A stretch of DNA of 64,000 bases from Eledone cirrhosa (Eukaryota): positions 2,976,001-3,040,000 of the forward strand of contig OZ024754.1 of NCBI GenBank assembly GCA_964016885.1. The letters are read 5' to 3'. This document shows positions 27,535 to 40,510 of this stretch, in pieces. The position numbers were made by a program, and so were the translations under genes. The notes beneath the pieces were generated by a model, which made no database searches, was not told the origin of the DNA, and saw nothing but the letters and a program-made list of their open reading frames with translations. Position 1 is the first letter of the stretch. Each line of letters starts with the position of its first letter.

Positions 27535-27659
27535 CTATTTTCTTCGCTAAATTTATTATGTAGCTAGAATTGATTAGATTGCTATTTGACCTCCGTTTAT
27601 GTTTTTGTTTGTTTTTAAATAAGTAATCTATTTCACGTGGACAGCTGTTATTAGTGCAA

Positions 27660-27697
<38 letters not shown>

Positions 27698-27850
27698 TGT
27701 TCTAGTCGGGGGTTATCATCATCTCTCTATCTCTCTCTGTCAACACACACACGCACAAATATATAGATATGTGTATATATATATAACCAAAGATTAATAT
27801 GGTTCATTGATTACTCAATGAATATAGTTTTACAATAGATTAAAAGCACT

Positions 27851-28078
27851 CTAACCCTTTAATGTTCAAGCCGGCCAAAACCGGCCAGAATTCTCTACCT
27901 TTCTCTGTTGAAACTGGCTGTTACTGGTCTCTCAAACTAATGTTAAGGTATTGTTCTCAAAATAAATACTTTCAAAATCTCATAGATTCGATATTATGTG
28001 AGATAATTTTGTGAGATAAAGCATTTACGATGAAAATATAATAGTATATATAGAGTAATGTGAATGCTAAAGGGCTAA
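27851..28078 (+). mobile_element. piggyBac-type MITE family A, same subfamily as 8202-8430
   Basis: Shares diagnostic taatgttcaa and gtgaatgct variants with 8202. Confidence 0.85.
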
Positions 28079-28145
28079 AGCACTCTGCCAATACTGGAAT
28101 TGATCCATCAAGACAGTTGAGGTATGTCACACATCAATTCATGTA

Positions 28146-28207
28146 TTTTATCTGACGAGGACGTACTGAAAAAGCAGCACAGTACCTTCGAAATATATAT
28201 AATAAAA
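28146..28207 (+). ncRNA. Minimal type I hammerhead ribozyme motif, sense to the host gene
   Basis: UUUUAU-CUGACGA-GGAcGUACUG(aaaaagcagca)CAGUACcUUC-GAA-AU(AUAU)AU-A^AUAAAA; predicted cleavage after 28201. Confidence 0.85.
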
Positions 28208-28240
28208 CATATATTTTCATTATGTGAACGTCTTCATTAG

Positions 28241-28274
<34 letters not shown>

Positions 28275-28398
28275 GGAAAAAATGAAACGAAATTTCATTT
28301 CTCACGTACATATATATATGTGTGCATGTATGTATGTATATATATATACATACATACTACTGTACGTCTGTATACATATATGTATGTACGTATACATA

Positions 28399-28430
<32 letters not shown>

Positions 28431-28433
<3 letters not shown>

Positions 28434-28731
28434 CGAAGGAAGTGTGGTAAAGAACCAGATGGACCATAACGCACTAGCGTACTCAATACTGAGGTAGAGT
28501 ACTCAATACGTAGTAGAGTGGGTAATAGGAAAATGTTTAACCCCGACGGCAGATCTCAACCCGTTTCGACGGCTATTTCTGGAGTCCAGAAATAGCCGTC
28601 GAAACGGCTTGAGCTCTGCCGTCGGGGTTAAACATTTTCCTATATATATATAACGAAGGAAGTGTGGTAAGGAACTAGGTGGACCATAACGCACTAGAGC
28701 TCAGCCGTCGGGGTCCTGACTCTTTTCCTAT
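28431..28731 (-). mobile_element. Two adjacent (TA)n-inserted family H2 elements; the first has a 59-bp fold-back palindrome (28525-28643)
   Basis: Arms differ at 2 of 59 positions with a 1-nt loop; they contain GAAACGGCT-tgagctc-(A/T)GCCGTC-gggg, the 3' half of a hammerhead; homologous to 30874-31078. Confidence 0.8.
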
Positions 28732-28828
28732 ATATATATATATAAGAACAGATTAAAGTTTAAGCAAAGAATCGCTGCTTTCACCCTTAACGGGATCTTC
28801 TGAAAATAAAAAAAATCGGATTTATTAT

Positions 28829-28879
<51 letters not shown>

Positions 28880-29232
28880 GCATATACATACTGTATATAC
28901 TAGTGAATAAGTCGCACCGTTTTCTACGAAAATATATAAACATCCAGCATGCGACCTATATACGGTGTATGTATGTATGTATGTGTGTGTGTGTGTGTAT
29001 ATATATATGTGTTTGTGTGTATAATGCATTATTAATATATAACATAATATTATACTATTGGTATATATTATATTACATATATGCAGCAGTATATACAGTT
29101 GTATATTATATCATATAAACTAGTCGTGTCAGGTTGTGTTAAATCCCTTTATCAAGCTAACTCTTCTGTGCCATCTCTTTCTCGTATATATATATGTGTG
29201 TGTTCGTATATATATATGTGTTTGTGTGTTCG

Positions 29233-29265
<33 letters not shown>

Positions 29266-29440
29266 TCGTATATATATATATATGTGTGTGTGTTCATATA
29301 CATAGGTGTGTGTGTGTTCGTATATATATATATGTGTGTGTGTGTTCGTTTATATATGTGGGTGTGTGTGTTCATATACATATATGTGTGTGTTCGTATA
29401 TATATGTGTGTGTGTTTGTTTATATGTGTGTGTGTGTGTG

Positions 29441-29489
<49 letters not shown>

Positions 29490-29490
29490 T

Positions 29491-29521
<31 letters not shown>

Positions 29522-30116
29522 CCTTTCCTCTTTCGCTCCTTACCTCTCTTTCTATTTCCTCTGTCTTTCCTTTCCACTCTCATTTCATCTCTCTCTCTCA
29601 TTTCCACACACTCTCTTTCATAATCCGTGTTCACTCCCCCCCCCCCCCCTATCATATTTCCACAGTTACTGACTATATCTCACTATCGTTGACTTTCGTT
29701 GTCCCAATCGAAGTTCAATATTACCATTCGAGTTGAAGCAATCTCCTCTCTTTTCTTTGGTTGGCCCTTGTATTTAGATTATCAGTCCTTTATTTTTAAA
29801 AACGTTTACATGACCCGCTGTGGGGAGTGTTTGCGGGCACCGCCCCCATGACCCTCTCGGGAATAGTTTACGAAGAAGAAAGGAGAAATTCAATTAAAAA
29901 AGAAACTGACATTTTCATTAGTAAATTACTATAAACTACTATTTGAAACATCATTTAACAAAATTTCTCTAAAAAGATTATACTTGTTTCTACTTTAGGC
30001 ACAAGGCCAGCGATTACCCAGTGCATTACTGGTACTTTATTTAGTACTGGTACTATATAAAAAGATTATACTGAAAGCTTTTAATATGTATGTATATATA
30101 TAATGTGTGTGTTCAT

Positions 30117-30251
30117 ATAATTAAGGGACGAAGCTTATCGAATAGAATTAACACAACTTCGTAATCTAATTAAGTCTGTATTATTAAAATTCGAACCTAA
30201 CTAATTAGTGTACACATACGCTAATCAGGGAGGAAGACAACTTCGTGTGGG

Positions 30252-30252
<1 letters not shown>
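30117..30252. mobile_element. (TA)n-inserted repeat, unclassified
   Basis: aagcttatcgaatagaa...taatctaattaagtctgtattattaaaat...gtgtacac shared with 60561-60694. Confidence 0.65.
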
Positions 30253-30283
<31 letters not shown>

Positions 30284-30355
30284 TAGGGTGCTCCCCCCAA
30301 AAAATATATACAAACTTCAACAGCATTCTAATCAAGGTCATTTATGGGGGACACC

Positions 30356-30416
<61 letters not shown>

Positions 30417-30749
30417 TGTTGCATGTATTTTAAATTGAGTTATGCTGTCTTCAGTGTTTGGCAATTTCTAGACAACTCTATCATGGAAACAATTGTTAGA
30501 CTGTAAATAAATCTCCTTGTTTGTACTGTTGACCATGTTATTTTTCACTTTTATATATATATATATATATTCGATATGCCTCATGAAATAATACAGCCAA
30601 TTTTCCACGCAATACATTTAGTTAGCACCCCGAAGAGCTTAATTAGGAATATACTCACTTATTTCCTAATGTTTGTTGAGTGAGTTGGAATTTGGCCGGA
30701 GTATCGCTAAAAACCTTTCTCCGATAATGTATTTATTTATTATATATTA

Positions 30750-30803
<54 letters not shown>

Positions 30804-30873
30804 GTTGTTGACGGACCCAACATATTTATCAATGCCAGTACCGGTTGTATCTCAGCGCACTCAATATATATAT

Positions 30874-31078
30874 ATAGGAACAAGTAGGACCCCGACGGCT
30901 GAGCTCAAGCCGTTTCAACGGCTAATTCTGGACAATTGAGTCCAGAATTAGCCGTCGAAACGGCTTGAGCTCAGCCGTCGGGGTCCTACTTGTTCCTATT
31001 ACCCACTCTACTACCCTAAGTATTGAGTACTTTCGTGCGTTATGGTCCATCTGGTTCCTTACCACATTTCCTTCGTTA
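30874..31078 (+). mobile_element. Family H2 element with a 60-bp fold-back palindrome (30874-30999) in (TA)n
   Basis: Arms differ at 1 of 60 positions, 6-nt loop aattga; sense arm reads TGA-g...c-GAAACGGCTtgagctcAGCCGTC-ggggtc. Confidence 0.8.
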
Positions 31079-31162
31079 TATATATATATATAGTGTTATA
31101 TCATAAAAAAACCGGGGCCAGTTTCAGGCGGGTTGGTAGCTGTATATTCTATGGTCTGTTGC

Positions 31163-31195
<33 letters not shown>

Positions 31196-31580
31196 GTTGG
31201 TCGGCCAGTAACCTGGTTGCCTTCCTTGCCTGACATTTAGCTGAACTACTAAATAAAACATCAGTCAGCTATAGCTGCTACTGAGTCCATTAGTGGTTGA
31301 GAGAGGGGATAGATACCACAGCTTAAACATAGAGTTCCTATACACACACATACGTATATCCCTAGAAAACTGCTTCAATTTGTGAAACAGACTGTAGTAT
31401 ATAAACCCTTACAAAACTGCTTGAATTTGTTGAACAGGCTAGTATACTGTCTCCCCCCCCGAATCCCCTATTATTCACACCATATATATTAGTAAAGTTC
31501 TCCACAGAATCCCCTATTGTTCACAGCATATGTTTTAGTAAAGGTCTCGACAGAATCTCCTATTAATATATGTATCTATT

Positions 31581-31780
31581 GGTGGGCAGTGCTCATCAAA
31601 AAACTTGCCTAGTGGCATAGGGTTATGACCCTTTACGTTCTGAGTTCAAATCCTGCCGAGGCTAACTTTGCTTTTCATCCATATGGGGTTGATAAATAAA
31701 GCACCAGTAATGCAGTGGGGTCGATTTAATCGACTTTCTCCTTCCCCTTCAAATTGTTGGCCTTGTTTCTAAAGTAGAAA
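31581..31780 (+). mobile_element. tRNA-derived SINE (second family, central domain gcttttcatcc...gataaataaagcaccag)
   Basis: B-box GAGTTCAAATC; further copies near 19798, 22901, 32615, 41430 and 57487 (+) and 6243, 29985, 46830, 54330 and 62066 (-). Confidence 0.75.
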
Positions 31781-31817
31781 CAATTATTTTATCATTAGTG
31801 TTTGTGTCAAATAACAT

Positions 31818-32047
31818 TTAACCCTTTAGCATTTAGATTACTCTATATATACTATTGTAATTTTGTGGTAATGGCTTTATTTTACATAATTATCTCACAT
31901 AATATCGAATCTACGAGATTTTGATATTTATTTATTTTGAGAACAATACTTTAACATGAGTATGAGCAGCCACTTATGGCCGGTTTGAACAGAAAAAAGT
32001 GAGAGAATTCTGACCAGATATGGCCGGTTTAAATGCTAAAGGGTTAA
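31818..32047 (-). mobile_element. piggyBac-type MITE family A
   Basis: ttaaccctttagcattta ... taaatgctaaagggttaa, perfect TIRs including TTAA. Confidence 0.9.
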
Positions 32048-32225
32048 TGCTTCTGTTGTTGGGTGGCATAATTCCACTAGGGTCAGCTTTATGGTAGACC
32101 AGGATTTATAGGATCAATAAGAGCCCTGTTTGAACTTCACCTCAATTAAATCTATATATCCTTGTCAGATGTTACATTCTACTAAAATTAGAAATTATTA
32201 TTAATATTATTCACTATTATAAGGA

Positions 32226-32548
32226 GGCACATGGCTTAGTGGTTAGAGCATTGACCTTGCAATCGAAAGGTTGTGAGTTCAATTCTCAGACCAGGTGATG
32301 TGTTGTTTCCTTGAGCAAGACACTTTATTTCACATTGCTCCAGTTTACTCAGCTGTAGAAATGAGATGATAGGACTGGGGTCCATATCATTCCACTGCAA
32401 AGTGGTCGTGGAGGTGCCACGGAAAAAAAGCATCCAGCACTCACTGTAAATGAGGTTGGTCCAGCTGTAGAAATCAAGCCAGAATCAGTTTCCGTCCCAC
32501 CCTTGCAAGCAGGGAAAAGCGGACGTAAAATGATGATGATGATGATGA
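32226..32548 (+). mobile_element. tRNA-derived SINE with RTE-like (GAT)n tail
   Basis: Near-identical to 1051-1362; A and B boxes intact. Confidence 0.85.
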
Positions 32549-32752
32549 TTCCTAAAGTTTTCGAATCTAGTGGCTAATAAAGAAATCATTATTATTATTA
32601 TTATTGAGGGTGATATGGCGCTGGGTTGGCAGTATCGGTAGAGTGACGGGCAGCGTGGTTTTTAGAATATACTCAGACCTTTACACTCTGATTTCAAATC
32701 CCGCTGAGGTTATCTTTGTTTGCCTTTTGTCCTTACGGGAGCAGGGCAAGAG

Positions 32753-33150
32753 AGATGGTGATGGTGTTGGTGAGGTTGGTAATGGTGTTTGTGGTATTGG
32801 TGATGGTGAGGTTGGTGATGGTGTTTGTGGTATTGGTGAGGTCGGTAATGGTAATGGTGATGGTGGTATTGGTGATGGTGGTGATGGTGTTTGTGAGGTT
32901 GGTAATGGTGATATTGGTGATGGTGTTGGTGAGGTTGGTAATGGTGATATTGGTGATGGTGTTGGTGAGGTTGGTAATGGTGATATTGGTGATGGTGTTG
33001 GTGAGGTTGGTAATGGTGATATTGGTGATGGTGTTGGTGAGGTTGGTAATGGTGATGGTGGTATTGGTGATGGTGAGGTTGGTAATGGTGCTGGTGGTAT
33101 TGGCGGTGGTATTGGTAATGGTGTTGGTGAGGTTGGTGATGGTGTTGGTA
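32753..33150. repeat. (GGT/GAT/AAT) array with a 33-bp higher-order unit
   Basis: ggtgaggttggtaatggtgatattggtgatggtgtt repeated. Confidence 0.9.
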
Positions 33151-33403
33151 TTCATACAGTTGGTATCAGTGCTCAAACTGTAGTTAATTGATTATATAGA
33201 TCTCATCACCTTTACCATAGACATGTGACTCTCAGAAAGAAATCAATACTGACAGGAATGGTATAAAACCATCGTACTAAATAAATGATTTACCGTATTT
33301 AGTTTTGTTGCTCTATCTCAGTTTAAAAACAAACAAAAACAACATTATATAAATAACTACTAGTTATATACCGATAGTGGAGGGAGCAGTCACCTCTATT
33401 GAT

Positions 33404-33457
<54 letters not shown>

Positions 33458-33682
33458 TATATATATATATATAGATACATATTTATATTTATATATATAG
33501 ATATATATATAGATATTTATATATACATATACATATTTATATTTATTTATATATATATACATATACATATATATATATACATATTTATATTTATATATAT
33601 ACACACAGATATATATATATATACACATATTTATATATATATACACACAGATATATAAATCTCTCTATACATATATACATAT

Positions 33683-33783
<101 letters not shown>

Positions 33784-34010
33784 CTCTGCTCTTATGCTGT
33801 AGAAATATACTTCGTAAAAAATCAAAACAATAAAAAAAATCAATATTTTGCTAATGATAATTTCTCATTTTTTCTTCTCAATTTTGATAAAAGTATTTTG
33901 AAGCTACTAAATCATTTGGTAAAATATTGTTGAATTTGTTGTGAATTTAAACATTTTAATTTGAACTTTAAACCTTAATATCTTGAGTAGCTGGCTGATA
34001 AATATACCTG

Positions 34011-34042
<32 letters not shown>

Positions 34043-34955
34043 TGTATGTATATATGTGTATGTATGTATGTATGTATATATGTGTATGTATATATCTATA
34101 TGTATCTATCTGTATATATGTATATATCTATATGTATCTATCTGTATATATGTATATATCTATATGTATCTATCTATCTATATATATGTATATATCTATA
34201 TGTATCTATCTATATATATGTATATATCTATATGTATCTATATATACGTATGTATGTATATATATATATAGTTACCAACCCTGGCCAAAAGCAGCTCTGG
34301 TTCTATGAAATAAAACCACCCATTTTAAAGGTTTACAATTTAAATTAAAATCTGCCAACATTATGATCATGGTAAGGATGCTTATGGCCAGTTAAACAAC
34401 AGAAGTAAAAATATATATTCACCGTTTTATCCTAATTGAGGTGCCACAGGTTTGAACTGATTGAAACTGCAGGATAAACCAGGTTTACATACAACACTGA
34501 TCCATAATTAGGTTTTGGACTTTGATGCAATAAAAACTGAACTTGCAATATAAATAGCTGCTAGAGATTAAGAGAAGATAAGGTTTTGGAAAGTGGGGGA
34601 AACAGTGATGTTTATAGTGGCCTTCACAACTGATTCTTCCCTCTTCCATGCCACTAGTTATTATACAGTTATGTTTCTGTGTGTGTATCTGGTTTAGGTG
34701 TAGAATAAGTACACCTGTATCCCTTCCTTCATGTTGTAAGAACTGACTAAAAGGGTTGGTGCTGTAAAACATTGCCTCTAAAAGTACAGTTTAATATCTA
34801 TCTTACAGGCATATATGTAGTTTAGTTTTAGATAAGCTTATCAATAATCTTTTTTATAGCATGATATTGCTGGAAGTTATTTTTTGAAGTCCGTCATGTG
34901 TCATAGATTCAGCATCACTAGTCCAGGACAACATCATATAACGCATCCTTCCATT

Positions 34956-35293
34956 TTAAACTTAACATCCTGTATAGGCAAGAAACTACACTAGCGAGCC
35001 ATTCTTGAAAACTACAAAACAATACTATGATTACATCAGATTAAAAAGTAAAGTCTTAAATAACTGAAAATGTTCACAATGTGCTGTCTATCTCCTCGTA
35101 AAGATACTATAGATATTTCAATTTAACAAACTTGTTTTCTGATATTTTCTGCTAAATTATTACCGGATGTTAAGGGTTAATACTGCAAGTTTTCACAATG
35201 TGCTGTCCCCTAGTAAAGATGCTATAAATATTTCAATTTAACAAACCTGTTTTTAGATATTTTCTACTAAATCATTACAGTATGTTATGGGTG
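34956..35293 (+). mobile_element. TTAA MITE family C (34956-35180) with a tandem duplication of its 3' half
   Basis: cttaacatcctgta ... taccggatgttaagggttaa; other copies near 19310-19450, 44580-45010, 47920-48070 and 63120 (-). Confidence 0.7.
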
Positions 35294-35829
35294 AAGATGG
35301 TAGGGTATGATTTCTGGGAGATTTGGTTCTCGATCTAGTAGCATGTGCAACCACATTGAGATTCTCTTATTGGTGTTGGTAGATATGTTTAGATTCAGAC
35401 CAACCATTATCAAGCAGACAAGCTGCTATTTCTAGTAAGTGTTACCAAGTTTAAGTTTCTTCTTCATTGAATTTAACCTTCCTCCTGTTCTGAGGAAGTT
35501 AAATCTTATCTCTTTAACATAGATATAGATAAATGGCATGTTTAACAGTGATTCATGTTAGTAGTCGTCCATTTTAATGGGAGTCTGACTTGCTGCTACC
35601 TCAACTTACAAACCACAACAAACACAACTCCTTCTTTCCTTCCTTACATACATCCTTACATCTTCTGTAGCCACTTCCTTTGCTCAGCCACCACTTCATA
35701 TGTTACCATGTATTTCTCCTGTTATATCAGCCATCTACCATCTTAGTTTGTATGTCTACACTTTATGTATACCAATCCACTCTCACACGCAGTCACTACT
35801 ACTAACCACTTCCCTATTCACCACCTCTG

Positions 35830-36250
35830 GCTTCTGGTGTCTCTGGTGTCCTTGGTCCTAGGACCACCTCCCTACTCCCCACCATCGGCTTCTGGTGTCC
35901 TTGACCCTAGGATCATCTCCCTACTCACCACCATCGGCCTCTGGTGTCCTTGACCCTAGGATCAGCTTCAGGTATCCTTGACTCTAGGACCACCTCCCTA
36001 CTCACCATCATCAGCTTCATGTGCCCTTGGCCCTAGGACCACTTTGCTACTCACCATCATCAGCTTCTGGTGTCCTTGACCCTAGGATCATCTCCCTACT
36101 CACCACCATTGGCCTCTGGTGTCCTTGGCCCTAGGACCACCTCCCTACTCACCACCATCGGCTTCTGGTGTCCTTGACCCTAGGATCATCTCCCTACTCA
36201 CCACCATCGACCTCTGGTGTCCTTGGCCCTAGGACCACCTCCCTACTCAC
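35830..36250. repeat. 49-bp minisatellite with alternating variants (98-bp higher order)
   Basis: ggccctaggaccacc and gaccctaggatcatc units alternate; period 49 (36121, 36170). Confidence 0.9.
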
Positions 36251-36975
36251 ACCTTGTTATTTGGGACCTGACTACTTCAACCACCAGATGACATATCAAC
36301 TGAGAGCAGTATCAAGATAGACTAAATAATGAGTGTTTCAGTTTGGTTGGTCAATGTAAAGGCCTGCTTATGAAATTTACATGCAAGTGGCTGAGCATTC
36401 CACATACATGTGGGCTCATAACGTGATTTTCAGGGAGATTCAGTATGAAACAGTGTATGACAAGACTCACCCCTTTGAAATTACGGATACAGTCCATCTG
36501 GTGGGCTTCCAAACAGTTTCCATCTACCAAATTTCATTCACAAGGCATGGGTCGACCCCCTCTCTCTCTCTCTCTCTCTGTATACATATCTCTCTCTATC
36601 TCTCTATCATTTACTCTTTCTCTCTCCCTCTCTCTATCCTCAACAGCTCCTCTCCGACATAATTCTGTAATTCCTTACCATCAACCAACACCACTACCAC
36701 CACCACCACCCATCACCACCACCACCCACTGCCATCCACCACCACCACCACCATCCACAGGGTTGTTTATCAACATGTGGTAGCAATGAATTTCCCATTT
36801 GACTTGACAACAGGGTTATAGAGAGAGGAGTGGTGAGAGATGACTTCTCAACTGATTCCTCCCCTTCACTGTTCTTGACCACTCCCTTTCTCTCTCTCTG
36901 GTTCCCCCTCTCACTCTCCACCACACAGAGGCACTGTTGTCACCTACACCCCACTCTTTTGACCAATGGTTAGTC

Positions 36976-37440
36976 ACATACATACACAAACACACTTATA
37001 CATACACAAACACATTTATACATACACAAACACATTTATACATACACATGCATTTATACATACACAAACACATTTATACATACACAAACACATTTATACA
37101 TACACAAACACATGCATTTATACATAGACAAACACATTTATACATACACATGCATTTATACATAGACAAACACATTTATACATACACATGCATTTATACA
37201 TAGACAAACACATTTATACATACACATGCATTTATACATACACAAACACATATATACATACATACATTTATACATACACAAACACATATATACATACATA
37301 GATACATTTATACATACACAAACACATTTATACATACACAAACACATTTATACATACACAAACACATTTATACATACACAAACACATTTATACATACACA
37401 AACACATTTATACATACACAAACACATTTATACATACATA
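36976..37440. repeat. 18/20-bp minisatellite acacaaacacatttatacat
   Basis: Direct periodicity. Confidence 0.93.
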
Positions 37441-37745
37441 TAGATGCATGTCTCTTTTGATCACTGGTCATACACAATTGGCCATACACATACACACACA
37501 TTTACTGTATAAACACATTCAAATATCTCTTTTTGACCTTGTCTGTGGCATCCAACCCTATCAGGGAAAAGGAGTGTTAAATGATGATGGTGGTGATGAT
37601 GATGGTCATTACATGGTAGTCATTACAGACAACCTCTTGACCACTCTCCCCCACCCACACACAACCTCTTGACCACTCTCCCCCAACTACACACACTGCC
37701 CCCCCATACTGCTGTTGGTTATACATATATACAATGACCCCTAGT

Positions 37746-38301
37746 CACACACACATTGGTTGCTGGTCATACACACACACACATTGATTGCTGGTCATAC
37801 ACACACACATTGGTTGCTGGTCATACACACACACATTGATTGCTGGTCATACACACACACACACATTGATTGCTGGTCATACACACACACACACACACAT
37901 TGATTGCTGGTCATACACACACACACACACACATTGATTGCTGGTCATACACACACACATTGGTTGCTGGTCATACACACACACATTGGTTGCTGGTCAT
38001 ACACACACACATTGGTTGCTGGTCATACACACACACATTGGTTGCTGGTCATACACACACACATTGGTTGCTGGTCATACACACACACATTGGTTGCTGG
38101 TCATACACACACACATTGGTTGCTGGTCATACACACACACACATTGGTTGCTGGTCATACACACACACACATTGGTTGCTGGTCATACACACACACATTG
38201 GTTGCTGGTCATACACACACACACATTGGTTGCTGGTCATACACACACACACACATTGGTTGCTGGTCATACACACACACACATTGGTTGCTGGTCATAC
38301 A
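37746..38301. repeat. Minisatellite attggttgctggtcat(ac)n, about 20 copies
   Basis: Constant 16-bp core with variable (AC)n. Confidence 0.95.
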
Positions 38302-38774
38302 GGCTTACATGGAGTCACTCTTGCATGTATATACATTCTTACATACACACATGCATATATACACATACATATATACTCTGTTGTTATACATGCCTACCTC
38401 CCCCCACCCCTTTCATTATCTTCATTGTCCCTATCTCTCCATCTTCCTCTTCATGTCATCTCTCCCTTTTACTCTCTCCCTCCTCATTCTTTCTACCCCT
38501 TCACACTCTCTCTCACTCCCTCTCTACCCCTTCACTATCTCTCCCTCTCCTTCTCTCCCCCTTTCACTATCTCTCTCTCTACTCTACCCCCCCCCACCGT
38601 CTGCCCCTCCCTCTATACTGCCCTATGGACCTCAACAATTTAACAGTGTGTCATTTAGGTAGCAAGGAGGAGAAGGGAGAGGAGATGTTCCAATGAATCA
38701 GCATGTTACTCTCTCTTCTCTCAACTTTGATTGTCTAATCCTTTCACCACCACCACCACCAATCATCATCAATC

Positions 38775-38806
<32 letters not shown>

Positions 38807-38899
38807 CATCACTTGATATGCTTTGTTGCTATTGCTTCCATATACTTCATTATGCCACACCACACCATATTATGCCACAACGCTACACCACTTCATGCC

Positions 38900-39183
38900 A
38901 CATTACACTATATTACATAACACCACACCACACCACACTACACTACACTACACTACACTACACTACATCACACCACACCACACCACACTACACTACACTA
39001 CATCACACCACACTACATCACACTACATCACACCACATCACACCACACCATACTACATCACACCACACCACACCACACCATACTACATTACGCCACACTA
39101 CACCACACCACACTACATTACATCACACCACACTACACCATACTACATCACACCACACCACACCACACTACATCACACCACAC
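38900..39183. repeat. Pentanucleotide (CACAC/CACTA/CATCA)n array
   Basis: Direct reading. Confidence 0.93.
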
Positions 39184-39679
39184 TGCAGATGGTAATTATG
39201 GCAGTGGTGTTTATTGTGCAATGGTGGTGGTGCAATGATGATGATGATGATGATTGCAGTGGTATACCTGGTGGTGTTGACTTCCACTTCTTGTACCTCC
39301 TCTTCTTTCTCCCCCCCCCCCCCCCCACACAATATCTTGTTACATTGGGATATCAAAAGACAATATGAGAAACTGTATTTTTAAAAAAACTAAAACACTA
39401 AAGCTCAGATTTCATGTCAAACTACACCCACCTCAGTTTCAAGGACAACCACCAGGTGGCAGTACTGGCCAGTGAACCACTGCTTGTTTCTGGGGGTGGA
39501 GAGGGTGTGGTAATACTTTGTCTCTTACGGAGGGGGTACTTTACACAAGCTTAGAAACTGCTCTGTTTATCACACACACACACACACGAGATACTCTTTA
39601 CTACACACACACACACACACACAAGACACTCTTTACCACACACACAAGACAGACAATGTCCCATAAGTGAAGTCTTGTG

Positions 39680-39872
39680 GCCCCTTGGTTAGACATGTGA
39701 TCGTGGGTTCGATTCCTGGGTTTCGGCAGAGTGTTGTGTTCATGAGCAAGGTGCTTTGTTTCATGTTGTTTTTCATGACAGGACTGGGGACCCTTATCAG
39801 TAAAACACCTGAGAAACTTCCCCTCAGATACAACCTGAGAGCAGGCCATACAAACCAACATAGGTGTGAACT
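39680..39872 (+). mobile_element. Diverged tRNA-derived SINE
   Basis: B-box GGTTCGATTCC, then gtgttgtgttcatgagcaag...tgacaggactggggaccc; similar at 47287-47480 and 57310-57395. Confidence 0.65.
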
Positions 39873-39953
39873 GTAAATTTCAGTTTTCACTTTTGTCAAG
39901 CATGTTCATCAATTCATCAATATATTTTGGAAAACTTGATTGATTTATGGTAC

Positions 39954-40157
39954 TTAACCCTTTATCATTTACATTACTGTATATTTACTATTATATTTTC
40001 ACAGTAAAGGTTTTACCTTACAAAATTATCTCGCATAATATTTTGATATTATTTATTTTGAGAACAATACCTTAACATAAGTATGAGCAGCCGGTTTGGA
40101 CATAAGGTGGTGAGGGAATTTTGATCGGATACAACCAGTTTAAATGCTAAAGGGTTA
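39954..40157 (-). mobile_element. piggyBac-type MITE family A
   Basis: ttaaccctttatcattta ... taaatgctaaagggtta. Confidence 0.85.
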
Positions 40158-40432
40158 GATTGCTTAGTTCTTTATACTCTGGGACAGAAGTGTTCCTAAA
40201 AAGAACTAATAAGGGGAAATGTGTAAAATGTGAAAATTCCTTGTAACAAATCCATTTCTTCTATGGATTAGTTACCTGGCTAATAATGGATTAGTTACTT
40301 GAATAATAATAAGAATTCATCTGGTTCTTCTTGTGTTTTGTTAATGGCAACATGACCCTCCCAAAGTATAACAATATGTTTCAACTTATGATTTGATATC
40401 AAGAATCTTCCAAAACAAAAGTGTATATACAC

Positions 40433-40510
<78 letters not shown>

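Noticed and set aside
28771-28808. Hammerhead-like CAGAAGA-tccc..gggt-GAAA on the minus strand
   Set aside because: Core U4 is mutated and there is no stem I or NUH; at most a decayed relic, so not listed as a ribozyme
30622-30710. Hammerhead-like CCGAAGA with a long stem II
   Set aside because: GAAA is replaced by GAGT and stem III is unclear; relic only
32604-33191. 195-aa Gly/Asp/Val repeat ORF
   Set aside because: Starts in a SINE and continues through a trinucleotide-derived array
37746-38301. CRISPR-like pattern of constant repeat plus variable spacer (also 12013-12320)
   Set aside because: Spacers are only (AC)n or (TG)n length variants rather than unique sequences; eukaryotic context and no cas genes
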